Origin: Candidatus Latescibacterota bacterium
Lineage (GTDB): Bacteria > Latescibacterota > UBA2968 > UBA8231
Assembly: GCA_965223905.1 (NCBI GenBank)
Contig: CBDCXV010000002.1
Span: 64,001 to 128,000 of the forward strand
Length of the DNA: 64,000 bases
Direction: 5' to 3'
Shown: positions 47,785 through 57,070 of the stretch, in pieces
How the letters are laid out: the number at the start of each line of letters is the position of its first letter
How positions within the stretch are numbered: the stretch's first letter is position 1
Notes under the pieces: generated by a model
What the model was told of the DNA's origin: nothing
The model's database searches: none
What the model saw: only the letters and a program-made list of their open reading frames with translations
Position numbers and translations under genes: made by a program

Positions 47785-48582
47785 ATGACCATCAGCACCC
47801 TGCATCCATCCTTCGACGATCTCGACACACGCCTCGCCGAAATCGAGGACCAGGGGTTCACGATCTTCCCCGGCTGGCTCGACCGCGCCTTCACCGCGGA
47901 GCTGCGCGCCCACGTCGACGCCGTCGCCGGACCGGTCGGCAAAACCCCCCGCAACGACCTGAGACACCCGATCCCCGGCGCGATCATGGGGCGCCTCGCC
48001 GCCAACCCGGCCACCATCGAGCTCGGGCGCCTGCTGCTCGGGGGCAACCCGGAGTTGCGCATGCGCGAGCAGGTGCTCATCCGCTCCGACCCGGAACCTC
48101 CGCCGTACGCACAGGAGCTCCGCTACCATATCGACGCCGCTTTCTGCCGCGCCGAGTTCGAGGCGGTTCCGAAGCAGGTCTACTACCAGATGCTCCACTA
48201 CCTGAGCACGGTGAAGCCGGGCGGCGCCGGCGTCCACATCGTCCCCGGTTCTCACAGGTTCTCCTACGCCACCCTGTTCGGCGACGACCCCGGGCGCGAC
48301 ACCGGCCCCCTCGACTCCAACACCTCCGGCGCCGGCCACCGCGTCGACGGCGTCGAGATCTGCGCCGAGGACGGGGACCTCATCGTCTTCAATCCCCTCT
48401 GCTTTCACTCGGCGTCCCAGAACCGGACCGACCGGCCCCGCTACGTGTACTTCACCTCCTTCTACGACACCTCGGCGGAGCGTTTGATCGAATTCGTCCG
48501 CCGCACCGGCTACCGCGACCAGTTCCCCGACTCGCTGCGGCAGGCGCTGCCGCCCGGGCTGCGGCCGCTGCTCTCCCCCTGA
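47785..48582 (+). CDS. PhyH-family dioxygenase
   Basis: QGFTIFP, YHID, HIVPGSH, GDLIVFNPLCFHSA. Confidence 0.88.
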   Translation: MTISTLHPSFDDLDTRLAEIEDQGFTIFPGWLDRAFTAELRAHVDAVAGPVGKTPRNDLRHPIPGAIMGRLAANPATIELGRLLLGGNPELRMREQVLIRSDPEPPPYAQELRYHIDAAFCRAEFEAVPKQVYYQMLHYLSTVKPGGAGVHIVPGSHRFSYATLFGDDPGRDTGPLDSNTSGAGHRVDGVEICAEDGDLIVFNPLCFHSASQNRTDRPRYVYFTSFYDTSAERLIEFVRRTGYRDQFPDSLRQALPPGLRPLLSP

Positions 48583-48765
48583 AGCGGCCGCCTGCATGCG
48601 CTGGTGGGCTCCGTCACCCGGTTCGCCGAAGCTGTAGATCAGGCGCGGCACCCGCACCGGCCGGTGGTCAGCGAAACCACCCGGCTCGACTACCTGCCCG
48701 CGTGACCCGCATCCAACTCCGGGCGGCACACCCGCCCCTTTCCCGCACACACCTGAAAGGACCTG

Positions 48766-50364
48766 ATGAACCGACCCCCCGACTACCGCGTCATCTACAA
48801 CTGGGACGGGGCCCCGCACGGGTACTCTCCGGTCCCGCAAAGCCTCGAGGAGTTCCTCGAAGGCGTCTACACCCCCCTGGTCGACACCCAGGTCGACGCC
48901 CTTTTCTGGTGCGTCGGCGAGCACTCGGCGCGTTGGGACAGCGACTCCCTCGAGGTGGTCGGCGACCTGTACGGCCGCAGCTACGAAAGCGCCGCCGCCT
49001 ACACCCACACCGAGAACATCCGCCGCATGCTCGAGCGCGGCGAGGACCCGCAGGCCGCGGTCATCCAACGCGGGCGCGAGCTCGGCATCGCCGTGTACGC
49101 CTCGTTGCGCATGAACGACAACCACTTCAACGGCGCCCAGCGGTCCGCTCTCGCCACCCTTCACCACGGCGAGCTGACGGAGCTGCGCAGACAGCACCCG
49201 GAATGGCTGCTCGGGGAGCGCACCTCGGAGTGGTTCGCCCTCTCGTGGGACCTGTCGGTTCCCGAGGTGCGGCGCAACCGCCTCGACCACGTCCGCGAGC
49301 TGTGCGAGGGGTACGACTGGGACGGCATCGAGCTCGACTGGCAGCGCCACGGCTTCCACCTGCCCGCGGACGAGGCCTACCGCCTGCGCTACACCCTCAC
49401 CGACCTGCAGCGCGCCGCCCGCCAGGCGACGGACCGGGCCGGCGAGCAGCGCGGCCGGCCTCTCCACCTGGCGGCCCGGGTCGCCACCAGCCTCGAGGCC
49501 TGCGCCGACATCGGCTACGACGTCGAAACCTGGCTGCAGGAGGACCTCGTCGACCTGCTGATCGGCGGCGGCGGGGCGGCGACCGATCCCGCGGTCGAGG
49601 TCGAACGCTTCCAGGAGCTCTGCCGGCCGCGCGGCGTCCCCTTCTACCCCGGCTTCGACTCCGGCCTGCCCGACTCCTGGGTCGGCCCCGAGTCGTCCGA
49701 CCGCAAGAACCGCCTGCGCACGCGCGCCATCGCCGCGCGCCATCACCGCGCCGGCGCCGACGGCATCTACGCCTTCAACTGGCACGCCGGCGCCGAGGGG
49801 CCGCGGCGGCGCCTGATGTGCGAGGTCGGCGACCCGGCGGTCCTCGAGCGGCTGGACAAGATCTACGCCGTCACCCATCGCCACCTCGTCTACGAGGGGC
49901 CCTGGCGCGGAGCCTACCGCAACGACCGCCGCCGCGGGCAGGTGCCTGTGCCCCTGCGCCCGACCCTGACCGGACGCGGGCCCGTCGTCGACGTCGAGAC
50001 CGCGGAGTCGGGGGCGCCGCTGGCGGCCGAGCTGCGCCTGCACCTGACGGAGTGGGTGGAAGGGGACGAGGTGGGGGTGCGCTGGAACGGCGAGGAGCTC
50101 GGAGACCCGGTGGTCTCCTACAACCTGCCCGGCAGCGACGCCGACCAGCATTCGTTCGCCGTTCCGATCTCCCGGGTCAGCGGCGACGCCTGGCTGCGGT
50201 TTCCCCTCGACCCGGGGACGCTCGGCAGCGCCGTTCACAAGGTCGAGGCCATTCTCCGGAAACGGCACCCGCAGCTCGCCTGCGACCTCGTCCTCACCGA
50301 CGTCGAGATCGCCGTCGCCTGGTCGGAGGAGTACGCCGCCGGGCTGCTGCCTCCGCGGGGCTGA
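48766..50364 (+). CDS. GHL10/DUF187-like glycoside hydrolase
   Basis: IYNWDG, SLRMNDNH, HPEWLLG, YDWDGIELDW, GADGIYAFN. Confidence 0.75.
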   Translation: MNRPPDYRVIYNWDGAPHGYSPVPQSLEEFLEGVYTPLVDTQVDALFWCVGEHSARWDSDSLEVVGDLYGRSYESAAAYTHTENIRRMLERGEDPQAAVIQRGRELGIAVYASLRMNDNHFNGAQRSALATLHHGELTELRRQHPEWLLGERTSEWFALSWDLSVPEVRRNRLDHVRELCEGYDWDGIELDWQRHGFHLPADEAYRLRYTLTDLQRAARQATDRAGEQRGRPLHLAARVATSLEACADIGYDVETWLQEDLVDLLIGGGGAATDPAVEVERFQELCRPRGVPFYPGFDSGLPDSWVGPESSDRKNRLRTRAIAARHHRAGADGIYAFNWHAGAEGPRRRLMCEVGDPAVLERLDKIYAVTHRHLVYEGPWRGAYRNDRRRGQVPVPLRPTLTGRGPVVDVETAESGAPLAAELRLHLTEWVEGDEVGVRWNGEELGDPVVSYNLPGSDADQHSFAVPISRVSGDAWLRFPLDPGTLGSAVHKVEAILRKRHPQLACDLVLTDVEIAVAWSEEYAAGLLPPRG

Positions 50365-50453
50365 ACCCCTCGCAGGGCTGCGGGCAGGACTGCGGCAGTC
50401 GATATTTCCGCAAACCCGCCGGCAGGGCCGGCGCGAAAAATGGCCTTACAGCT

Positions 50454-51254
50454 ATGGATCCTTTGAGGAAAGCACATAGTCGTGATCCGGTCGTGACCGT
50501 GGAAGGGCTGACTTTCAGCTACGGGGGCAGGCAGGTCCTGCACGGGATATCGTTCGCTCTGGAAAGAGGGGAGGTCGTCGGTCTACTGGGCCCGAACGGC
50601 GCCGGTAAGAGCACGACCATCAAGGTCCTGACCGGCATCCTTCCACCAGGCGGAGGGTCGGTTCGCGTGGCTGGCTGTTCCATGCCGACCGAGGCGATCG
50701 AAGCCAAAAAACGGATCGGATACGTACCCGAAGCCGCCGCCCTGTTTGAAAGCCTGTCGGGACAGGAGTTCCTGGAGCTCATGGGCCGCCTTCAGGAAGT
50801 CCCCGAAGAGGTTCTTCAGTCGCGAATTGGCCGATTCCTCAAGCAGTTTGACCTCGCCAACGACCGCCTGCGTCGTCTGGATGGGTACTCGAAGGGCATG
50901 CGCCAGAAGGTGCTCCTCAGCGCGGCCCTCCTTCACAATCCCGACGTGGTGATGCTCGACGAGCCCCTCTCGGGTCTGGACGTCAACACCGGGATCATGG
51001 TCCGGGACCTGATCGCCGCCCTGGCCGCGGAAGGCAAGACTATTCTCTACAGCTCACACGTCCTCGACGTGGTCGAGCGCGTGTGTGACCGCGCCCTGGT
51101 CATCCACGAAGGCCGTCTCATCGCGGACGGATCGCTGGAATCGCTGAAGAGTGCCACCGAGAGGGGCAGTCTCGAAGACGTCTTTCGGCAACTGACTCAT
51201 ACGGACGAAACGGTGAGTGGTGTTTCTGAAATCATAGAAGGTCTGCGGTCGTGA
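50454..51254 (+). CDS. ABC transporter ATP-binding protein
   Basis: GPNGAGKST, YSKGMRQK, MLDEP, SSH. Confidence 0.93.
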   Translation: MDPLRKAHSRDPVVTVEGLTFSYGGRQVLHGISFALERGEVVGLLGPNGAGKSTTIKVLTGILPPGGGSVRVAGCSMPTEAIEAKKRIGYVPEAAALFESLSGQEFLELMGRLQEVPEEVLQSRIGRFLKQFDLANDRLRRLDGYSKGMRQKVLLSAALLHNPDVVMLDEPLSGLDVNTGIMVRDLIAALAAEGKTILYSSHVLDVVERVCDRALVIHEGRLIADGSLESLKSATERGSLEDVFRQLTHTDETVSGVSEIIEGLRS

Positions 51255-52984
51255 GGGCTCGTCGTTCCAATCGAAGGTCAGCGGCCCTGGGGAGCCTTCA
51301 TTCCATCGCCAGGCGGTTCTTCCGCGGAACGGGGTTTGCCCGGCAGCTCGAACGGTGCGGGATCGATCCCCACCGATACTGGATCCTCGTCGATCTCTTC
51401 GGGACGCTCAGCAAACGGCAGGAAGTTCTCCGGATGGGCAGTCACGACACCATGCGTTTCTTTGCGATCGTCTGGTTCATTGGATCGAGCTGCATCAGCC
51501 TGTTGATGGCCTACTTCGGTGTTTCTCCTGGAATTTACCTGCTCGTTTTTGTCGGGCTGACCGTTTTTCAGCTCAGCCTGCTCTTAATCTCCGAGGTCGC
51601 AGAAACCCTGGTGAACCCGGTCGAGGGACTGATTCTGGCGCACCAGCCGGTGAACGGGGCCACTTGGTCGGGCGCAAAGCTGACCCACCTGATAAAGGTC
51701 GTCCTCTATGTCGTGGCGGGAGTGAATGGGGTGCCGGCGCTCGTCGGCTTTTTCCTTCCTCATACCAGCAGGTTCCTTTCCCTGGTCTACCCTGCCATGC
51801 ACTTTCTGATCGCTCTGGGGGTCGGGCTGGTCGTCGCGTTACTCTGCTGCAGCCTGTTCGGGTGGCTGATTCGCTTCATTCCCGTCCGGCGTCTCAAGGC
51901 GGCCGCGGCCATGGCTCAGGCCGTCCCCATGTTTTTCGCGTTCGGATTCAATCTTCTGAACCTGTTGGGAAAGGACCTTGTGAGTTGGCCAGCCTGGATC
52001 GACCTGCCCGAAGGATGGCTCGCCGTCGGCGAGGCCGTGCCGGGCGGGTTTCCGGTGATGCTGGGCGTCGCGGCCATTTCCGTCGCGATCGCTGGTACCG
52101 TATTCGGACTGCGGGCGCTTTCGAGTAATCATCTGATCCGTGTTTCGGGTCTGATGCACTCAGGTTCCAGGGTGCGGCGGCTGGAGTGGAGACGATGGAA
52201 GGTCAGTCCCTGGATTGCGAGGTTTACCGGCGGTCAAGCGAGCCGCGCCGGGTTTGCGTATCTGTGCCCCATGATGGTCCGGGACTGGCAGTTTCGGAAA
52301 AACATGGCCATGAGCATTCCGATCATACTCTTTGGCTCCCTTTATATGCTCGTCTACGGACTGGAGGTCTCTCCGTTTGCTCCAGGCTTTGCCTACACGC
52401 ACTTCCTCCCCCACTTGGCCGGATGGACGGTTCTCATTACGTGCCTGTGCCTGGCGTATGGCAATGACTACAAGGGCATCTGGTCGTTTTCCATCGTGCC
52501 GGATTCTTCCTTCCGTCCGTTTGCGAGGGGAATTCATGCGGCGCTCTGGCTCATGCTTGTCATCGTTCCCAACCTCTTCTGGCTGTTCCTGCTGGCGTGG
52601 TCCTGGGGCGTGAGGGATACCGTCTTATTCATCGCCTACAGCACGGCCGTTACGTCCCTGTACCTTGCAGTGGGCTTGAGGCTGATCGACGGTGTTCCCT
52701 TCGGTAAACAAAGGCCGCCGGAGCGAGGCGTGGTTACGCTCGAAATGATGTTTGGCTACCTCATCGTTATAAGTATCGCGATCGGGATCCAGTACGTTTT
52801 CTTCCGTTCGGCTGTTGCGGTCGCGGCCCTGACTGTAGTCGTGGGTCTGGGGACGTATTTCCTCACAAGAGCGTCACTTGCCAGGTTCGAATCCCGTATC
52901 TGGTTCCACCTGAACCCCGGCGCTTCGAAATCCAGGTTCCACTCATTACTTCGCCGTAGCACGGTGCCGTCGACCCTGCTTTGA
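51251..52984 (+). CDS. ABC exporter permease-like membrane protein
   Basis: More than 12 TM segments; GTGA overlap with the ATPase gene. Confidence 0.75.
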   Translation: MRARRSNRRSAALGSLHSIARRFFRGTGFARQLERCGIDPHRYWILVDLFGTLSKRQEVLRMGSHDTMRFFAIVWFIGSSCISLLMAYFGVSPGIYLLVFVGLTVFQLSLLLISEVAETLVNPVEGLILAHQPVNGATWSGAKLTHLIKVVLYVVAGVNGVPALVGFFLPHTSRFLSLVYPAMHFLIALGVGLVVALLCCSLFGWLIRFIPVRRLKAAAAMAQAVPMFFAFGFNLLNLLGKDLVSWPAWIDLPEGWLAVGEAVPGGFPVMLGVAAISVAIAGTVFGLRALSSNHLIRVSGLMHSGSRVRRLEWRRWKVSPWIARFTGGQASRAGFAYLCPMMVRDWQFRKNMAMSIPIILFGSLYMLVYGLEVSPFAPGFAYTHFLPHLAGWTVLITCLCLAYGNDYKGIWSFSIVPDSSFRPFARGIHAALWLMLVIVPNLFWLFLLAWSWGVRDTVLFIAYSTAVTSLYLAVGLRLIDGVPFGKQRPPERGVVTLEMMFGYLIVISIAIGIQYVFFRSAVAVAALTVVVGLGTYFLTRASLARFESRIWFHLNPGASKSRFHSLLRRSTVPSTLL

Positions 52985-53094
52985 TTTTTCGATCTGGAGC
53001 CCGTGGAGCCCTCGGAAGGCTGCGGAAAACCATGGCCCGGCAGACACCTTGCCGCACAAGAACCCGCCGGCACGGCCGGCGCGAAAGGAGCCGG

Positions 53095-53661
53095 ATGAAA
53101 CGATTGTTCTGCACTATCACCCTGAGCTTCCTGGCGGTTGCCACCGCCGACGCCCAGGAGAAACCGCTTCCGCCGTCCGCGAAGCAGGTCCGCCCCGTGC
53201 TCGTCGGCGCCGCGCTTCCCTCTGCCGTTCTCACCGGGGACGACGGCAAGAGCCTCGATCTCGCCGCCGCGGTCGCGGAGAAGCCGGCGGTGCTCGTGTT
53301 CTACCGGGGAGGCTGGTGAGGGTACTGCAAGAACCAGCTAGTTGAGCTGGAACGGATCCACGCCCAACTGACCGCCATGGGGGTTCGGCTTTTCGCCGTC
53401 AGCCCGGATGAACCTTCCGCTGCCATGGCGACGCGCGCAGAGACCGGGGTCGGCTTTCCGCTGCTGTCCGACCGCGATCTGAAGCTGGCCTCGGGCCTTG
53501 GTATCGCCTACCGGAACCCCGACAGGCCGCCGCTGCCTGTTCCGTCCGTGTTCATAGTGGCAAAAGGTGGGAAGATCGCCTACCAGCATGTCGACCCGGA
53601 CTTCCGCGTCCGTATCGACAACGACATCATCCTGGCGATGGCAGGCAGTCTGGTGAAGTAG
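53095..53661 (+). CDS. secreted AhpC/TSA-like redoxin selenoprotein (Sec75, UxxC)
   Basis: ORFs ending at 53319 and 53661 are in frame: LVFYRGGW-TGA-GYCKNQL, equivalent to FYRGxWCPxC; downstream hairpin; selA in the window. Confidence 0.88.
53334..53350 (+). promoter_or_regulatory. bacterial SECIS-like hairpin
   Basis: CCAGCT-AGTTG-AGCTGG; loop begins 20 nt after the UGA and has G at its second position. Confidence 0.65.
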
Positions 53662-53718
53662 CAGGCCGGGAGAAACCGTCCGGAGCCGGGCGCGAGGGGG
53701 CACCCGGGTGGCCCTGGA

Positions 53719-54600
53719 TCAGCGGCCGTTCCCCCAGCGGCTGGGGCGGATCCCCGCGGCCTGGCGCCGCATCCCGTCCGGCCGGTTGGGGACGTCGTAG
53801 TCGATTTCCCGCGTGTTCAGGCTGCGGAAGAACGGCTGGATGTGCTCGGGCAGGGTCGCCACCTGCTGCGGGTCGCGGTCCTCCTCGATGTCGTCGATCG
53901 GCCCGGCCCAGCAGGGGCGGTAGGCGATGGCGAGCATGCGCCGGTCGCGGTCGCTGTGATTGGGGAAGTTGCCGTGGAAGACGTTCTGGTTGATCACCAC
54001 GGCATCGCCGGCGCGGCAGCAGACCATCATCTCTTCGGGATGGCTGAGGAAGCGGTTGTAGGGATTGCCGTCGATGTGCATCGACAGGTGCGACCTCGGA
54101 ACCACCTTGAACGGCGAGCGGTCCGGGGTCTGGTCGTCGAGGTAGTAGAGCGCCCGCGCCAGCACCGGGGAGCTCGACTGCAGCCCGAAGATCTTCGAGC
54201 CGTACGGCTGCGCGTCGGTGTGCACGGCGATCCCCGGGTGCCCGGGCTGCGAGCATCCGTAGCCGCAGGAGGTGCAGATCAGGTCGTCCCCGAACAGCTC
54301 GGTGAGGAACCCGATCATCGGCGGGTGGGCGATGACGCCGATGGCGGTGGGAGAATCCGTCCACTGCACGTCGGAGCAACCGCGCTGATGGGGGCTGTAG
54401 TCGACCGCCCGCGTCGGCAGCTTCGCCAGCTCTTCCCGGATCCTGTCGAGGGTCTCGGGTGAGAGCAGGCCGGGGATGACGACGTACCCTTCCAGCTCGA
54501 TGGAGCGGATCTGTTCGGCCCGCGTCAGGCTCGCCCAGTCGGTCTCGTCCCGGCGGGCCCGCGCGATATCTTCCCTGCTGTTCGTGAACGACGTGTCCAT
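53719..54600 (-). CDS. PhyH-family dioxygenase
   Basis: IELEGYVVIP, VHTD, KVVPRSH, AGDAVVINQNVFH. Confidence 0.88.
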   Translation of the reverse strand: MDTSFTNSREDIARARRDETDWASLTRAEQIRSIELEGYVVIPGLLSPETLDRIREELAKLPTRAVDYSPHQRGCSDVQWTDSPTAIGVIAHPPMIGFLTELFGDDLICTSCGYGCSQPGHPGIAVHTDAQPYGSKIFGLQSSSPVLARALYYLDDQTPDRSPFKVVPRSHLSMHIDGNPYNRFLSHPEEMMVCCRAGDAVVINQNVFHGNFPNHSDRDRRMLAIAYRPCWAGPIDDIEEDRDPQQVATLPEHIQPFFRSLNTREIDYDVPNRPDGMRRQAAGIRPSRWGNGR

Positions 54601-54752
54601 GGCGGGGGTAAACAACCTTCGCGGAGCCGGCGAGTCAACCCCCCGGAGTCCCGGATCCGGCGTGACCGGGGTGGAACCTGCGGTGGTTATCTTTGCATGG
54701 ACGCCATCGACACCTATGGTCCATCCCGAACGATAAGAGACCCGATCGACCG

Positions 54753-55580
54753 ATGAGACTAAATGGGAAGCGAGCCTTGGTGACCGGCGCCGGCCGCGGC
54801 ATCGGCAGGCGGATCGCGCGGGCCCTTGCCGGTGAGGGGGCGAAGGTGGCCTTGCTGGCGCGCAGCCGCGATCAGCTGGAGGACGCGGCCCGGGAGCTGG
54901 AGCAGCTGGGCGCGGTCTGCCTGGCGGCCCCGGCCGATCTCGCCTCGGAAGCGCAGACGCGGGCGGCGTTCGGCGCCGTCCTCGACAGCTGGGGCGGGAT
55001 CGACATTCTCGTCAACAACGCCGCGATACTAGGTCCGGTGGGGCCGAGCCACACCCTCGATGCGGGCGCCTGGCTCGAGACCGTGCAGATCAACCTCGGC
55101 GGCTGCTTCCTCTGCTGCTCCCTGGTGCTCCCGGGGATGATCGAGCGTCGCTCCGGCAAGATCATCAACCTCTCCGGCGGCGGCGCGGTCGATCCGCGCC
55201 CGAACTTCAGCGCCTATGCCGCATCCAAGGCCGCCGTCGTCCGCTTTACGGAGACCCTGGCGGCCGAGGTCGCCGCGCACGGGATCGACGTCAACGCCAT
55301 CGCCCCGGGGGCCATCGACACCGACATGCTGCGCCAGGGGATCGCCGCCGGGGACGCCGCCGGCGCCGAGGCGGAGGAACTGCGCCGGATCGCCCGCCAG
55401 GGAGGCCAGGACCCGGGACGGGCCGCGGCCCTGGCCGTGCACCTCGCTTCCGCGGCCACCGACGGCCTTACCGGCCGGCTCATCAGCGCCCAGTGGGACG
55501 ACTGGGAGAACCTCGACCCGCGCGCCGTCATGGCGACCGACCTCTTCACCCTGAGGCGGATCTCCCCCGTCCGGGAGTAG
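54753..55580 (+). CDS. SDR-family oxidoreductase
   Basis: TGAGRGIG, LVNNAA, YAASKAA. Confidence 0.92.
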   Translation: MRLNGKRALVTGAGRGIGRRIARALAGEGAKVALLARSRDQLEDAARELEQLGAVCLAAPADLASEAQTRAAFGAVLDSWGGIDILVNNAAILGPVGPSHTLDAGAWLETVQINLGGCFLCCSLVLPGMIERRSGKIINLSGGGAVDPRPNFSAYAASKAAVVRFTETLAAEVAAHGIDVNAIAPGAIDTDMLRQGIAAGDAAGAEAEELRRIARQGGQDPGRAAALAVHLASAATDGLTGRLISAQWDDWENLDPRAVMATDLFTLRRISPVRE

Positions 55581-55586
55581 CGGCAG

Positions 55587-56612
55587 GTGAGCTACCGGGT
55601 CGGACTGATAGGAGCCGGAGGCGCCGGGTTCAGGCGAGCCGCGGCCCTGGCCGAGTGCCCGCAGTCGCAGCTGGTCAAGGTCTGCGACCTCGACCGGGTG
55701 GCCGCGGCGAGGGCGGCTGCCCCTGCCCGGGCGGAAGTTGCCCCGGCCTGGGAAGAGGTAGTCGAAGATCCCGCCATCGACATCGTCATCCTTTCGGCGA
55801 CCCACGACCAGCTCGCTCCGATCGGCTCGGCCGCGGCCGCCGCGGGCAAGCACCTTCTGTGTGAGAAACCGCTTGGGCGCAACCCGTCCGAGGTGGCCGG
55901 CCTGGTCGCCGCCGCGGCCGCGAGCGGGGTCTGCCTGGCGGCCGGGTACAACCACCGCTTTCACCCCGCGGTCGCCGCAGTGCGCGAGGCGGTGGATTCA
56001 GGCGGCCTGGGGGAACTCGATTTCATCCGCGCACGCTACGGCCACGGGGGCCGCCCGGGGTACGACCGCGAGTGGCGCGGCGACCCCGAAATAGCAGGAG
56101 GCGGCGAGCTGCTGGACCAGGGGGCGCACCTCGTCGACCTCTGCCTCTGGCTGCTGGGGGAGTTCGAGTCGGTGACCGGGTTCACCGAGCGCCGCTGCTG
56201 GGACATCGAACCGCTGGAAGACAACGCCTTCGGCCTGTTCCGCACCGGCAGCGGCCAGGTGGCCTCGATCCACGCCAGCTGGACCCAGTGGAAGAACCTG
56301 TTCAGCCTGGAGGTCTTCGGCAGCGAAGGGTACGCGATAGCCGAGGGGCTCGGCGGCTCGTACGGGCCGGAGTCGGTGCGCATCGGGCAGCGGCGGCCCG
56401 AGGGCGGACGGCCCCGCGAAACCGAAACTGTTTTCGACGCCGGCGACCCCTCCTGGTCGCTGGAGTGGACCGGCTTTCTGCAGATGCTGAAGGGAAAGCG
56501 GACATCCGGGGCCCACGGCGCCGATGCCCTGCGGACCATGCAGTGGATCTATCGCCTGTACCGCGCCTCGTCCGAGCGGCGCCCTGTTTCCGCGGCCGAG
56601 TCGGTGGCCTGA
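55587..56612 (+). CDS. Gfo/Idh/MocA-family oxidoreductase
   Basis: VGLIGAG, GKHLLCEKP, GGGELLDQGAHLVD. Confidence 0.92.
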   Translation: MSYRVGLIGAGGAGFRRAAALAECPQSQLVKVCDLDRVAAARAAAPARAEVAPAWEEVVEDPAIDIVILSATHDQLAPIGSAAAAAGKHLLCEKPLGRNPSEVAGLVAAAAASGVCLAAGYNHRFHPAVAAVREAVDSGGLGELDFIRARYGHGGRPGYDREWRGDPEIAGGGELLDQGAHLVDLCLWLLGEFESVTGFTERRCWDIEPLEDNAFGLFRTGSGQVASIHASWTQWKNLFSLEVFGSEGYAIAEGLGGSYGPESVRIGQRRPEGGRPRETETVFDAGDPSWSLEWTGFLQMLKGKRTSGAHGADALRTMQWIYRLYRASSERRPVSAAESVA

Positions 56613-56744
56613 CGCGGTCCCGATCCGCCGGCCGCGTGGGAGAAACCTGCCCCGCGAACCTGTTTTTTCTCAAAATCCGCTGGAATTGCGTACATTGTGG
56701 CTTGTGAAACAGACCTGAAACATCCAACCAACCGGGATTCCGAT

Positions 56745-56987
56745 ATGAGAGCGGATCAGCACGCAGCCCAGGCAGAACGCGTCTCCCTCGCGTACCGCCG
56801 ATTGGCTAACGCCATGATTCTCAGCACGTTACGGGAGATTTCGAAAAAGGTGGAAAGGGCGGAAGAGGTGCCGGAAGTCGATTTCGTCGAGAGCCGCCGC
56901 ATCGATCCGTGGTGCGAGCTGGCAGGGTTGGAGCCGGAGGTGGTCAGGAGCGCGGCCCGGCGAATCACCACCGAGCAAGTCTGTTGA
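56745..56987 (+). CDS. small hypothetical protein
   Basis: 80 aa (YRRLANAMIL..F..S....WCELAGLEPEVVR), followed by a terminator. Confidence 0.6.
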   Translation: MRADQHAAQAERVSLAYRRLANAMILSTLREISKKVERAEEVPEVDFVESRRIDPWCELAGLEPEVVRSAARRITTEQVC

Positions 56988-57009
56988 CGGACGCAGGAAG
57001 ATGCACTGG

Positions 57010-57046
57010 AAGCCCCGGGTCGATTCGCCCCGGGGCTTTTTTTTTT
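57010..57046 (+). terminator. rho-independent terminator
   Basis: AAGCCCCGGG..hairpin..CCGGGGC followed by a T10 tract, between convergent genes. Confidence 0.85.
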
Positions 57047-57070
57047 GGCCAAATGGTTGCGGAGGCCGGC

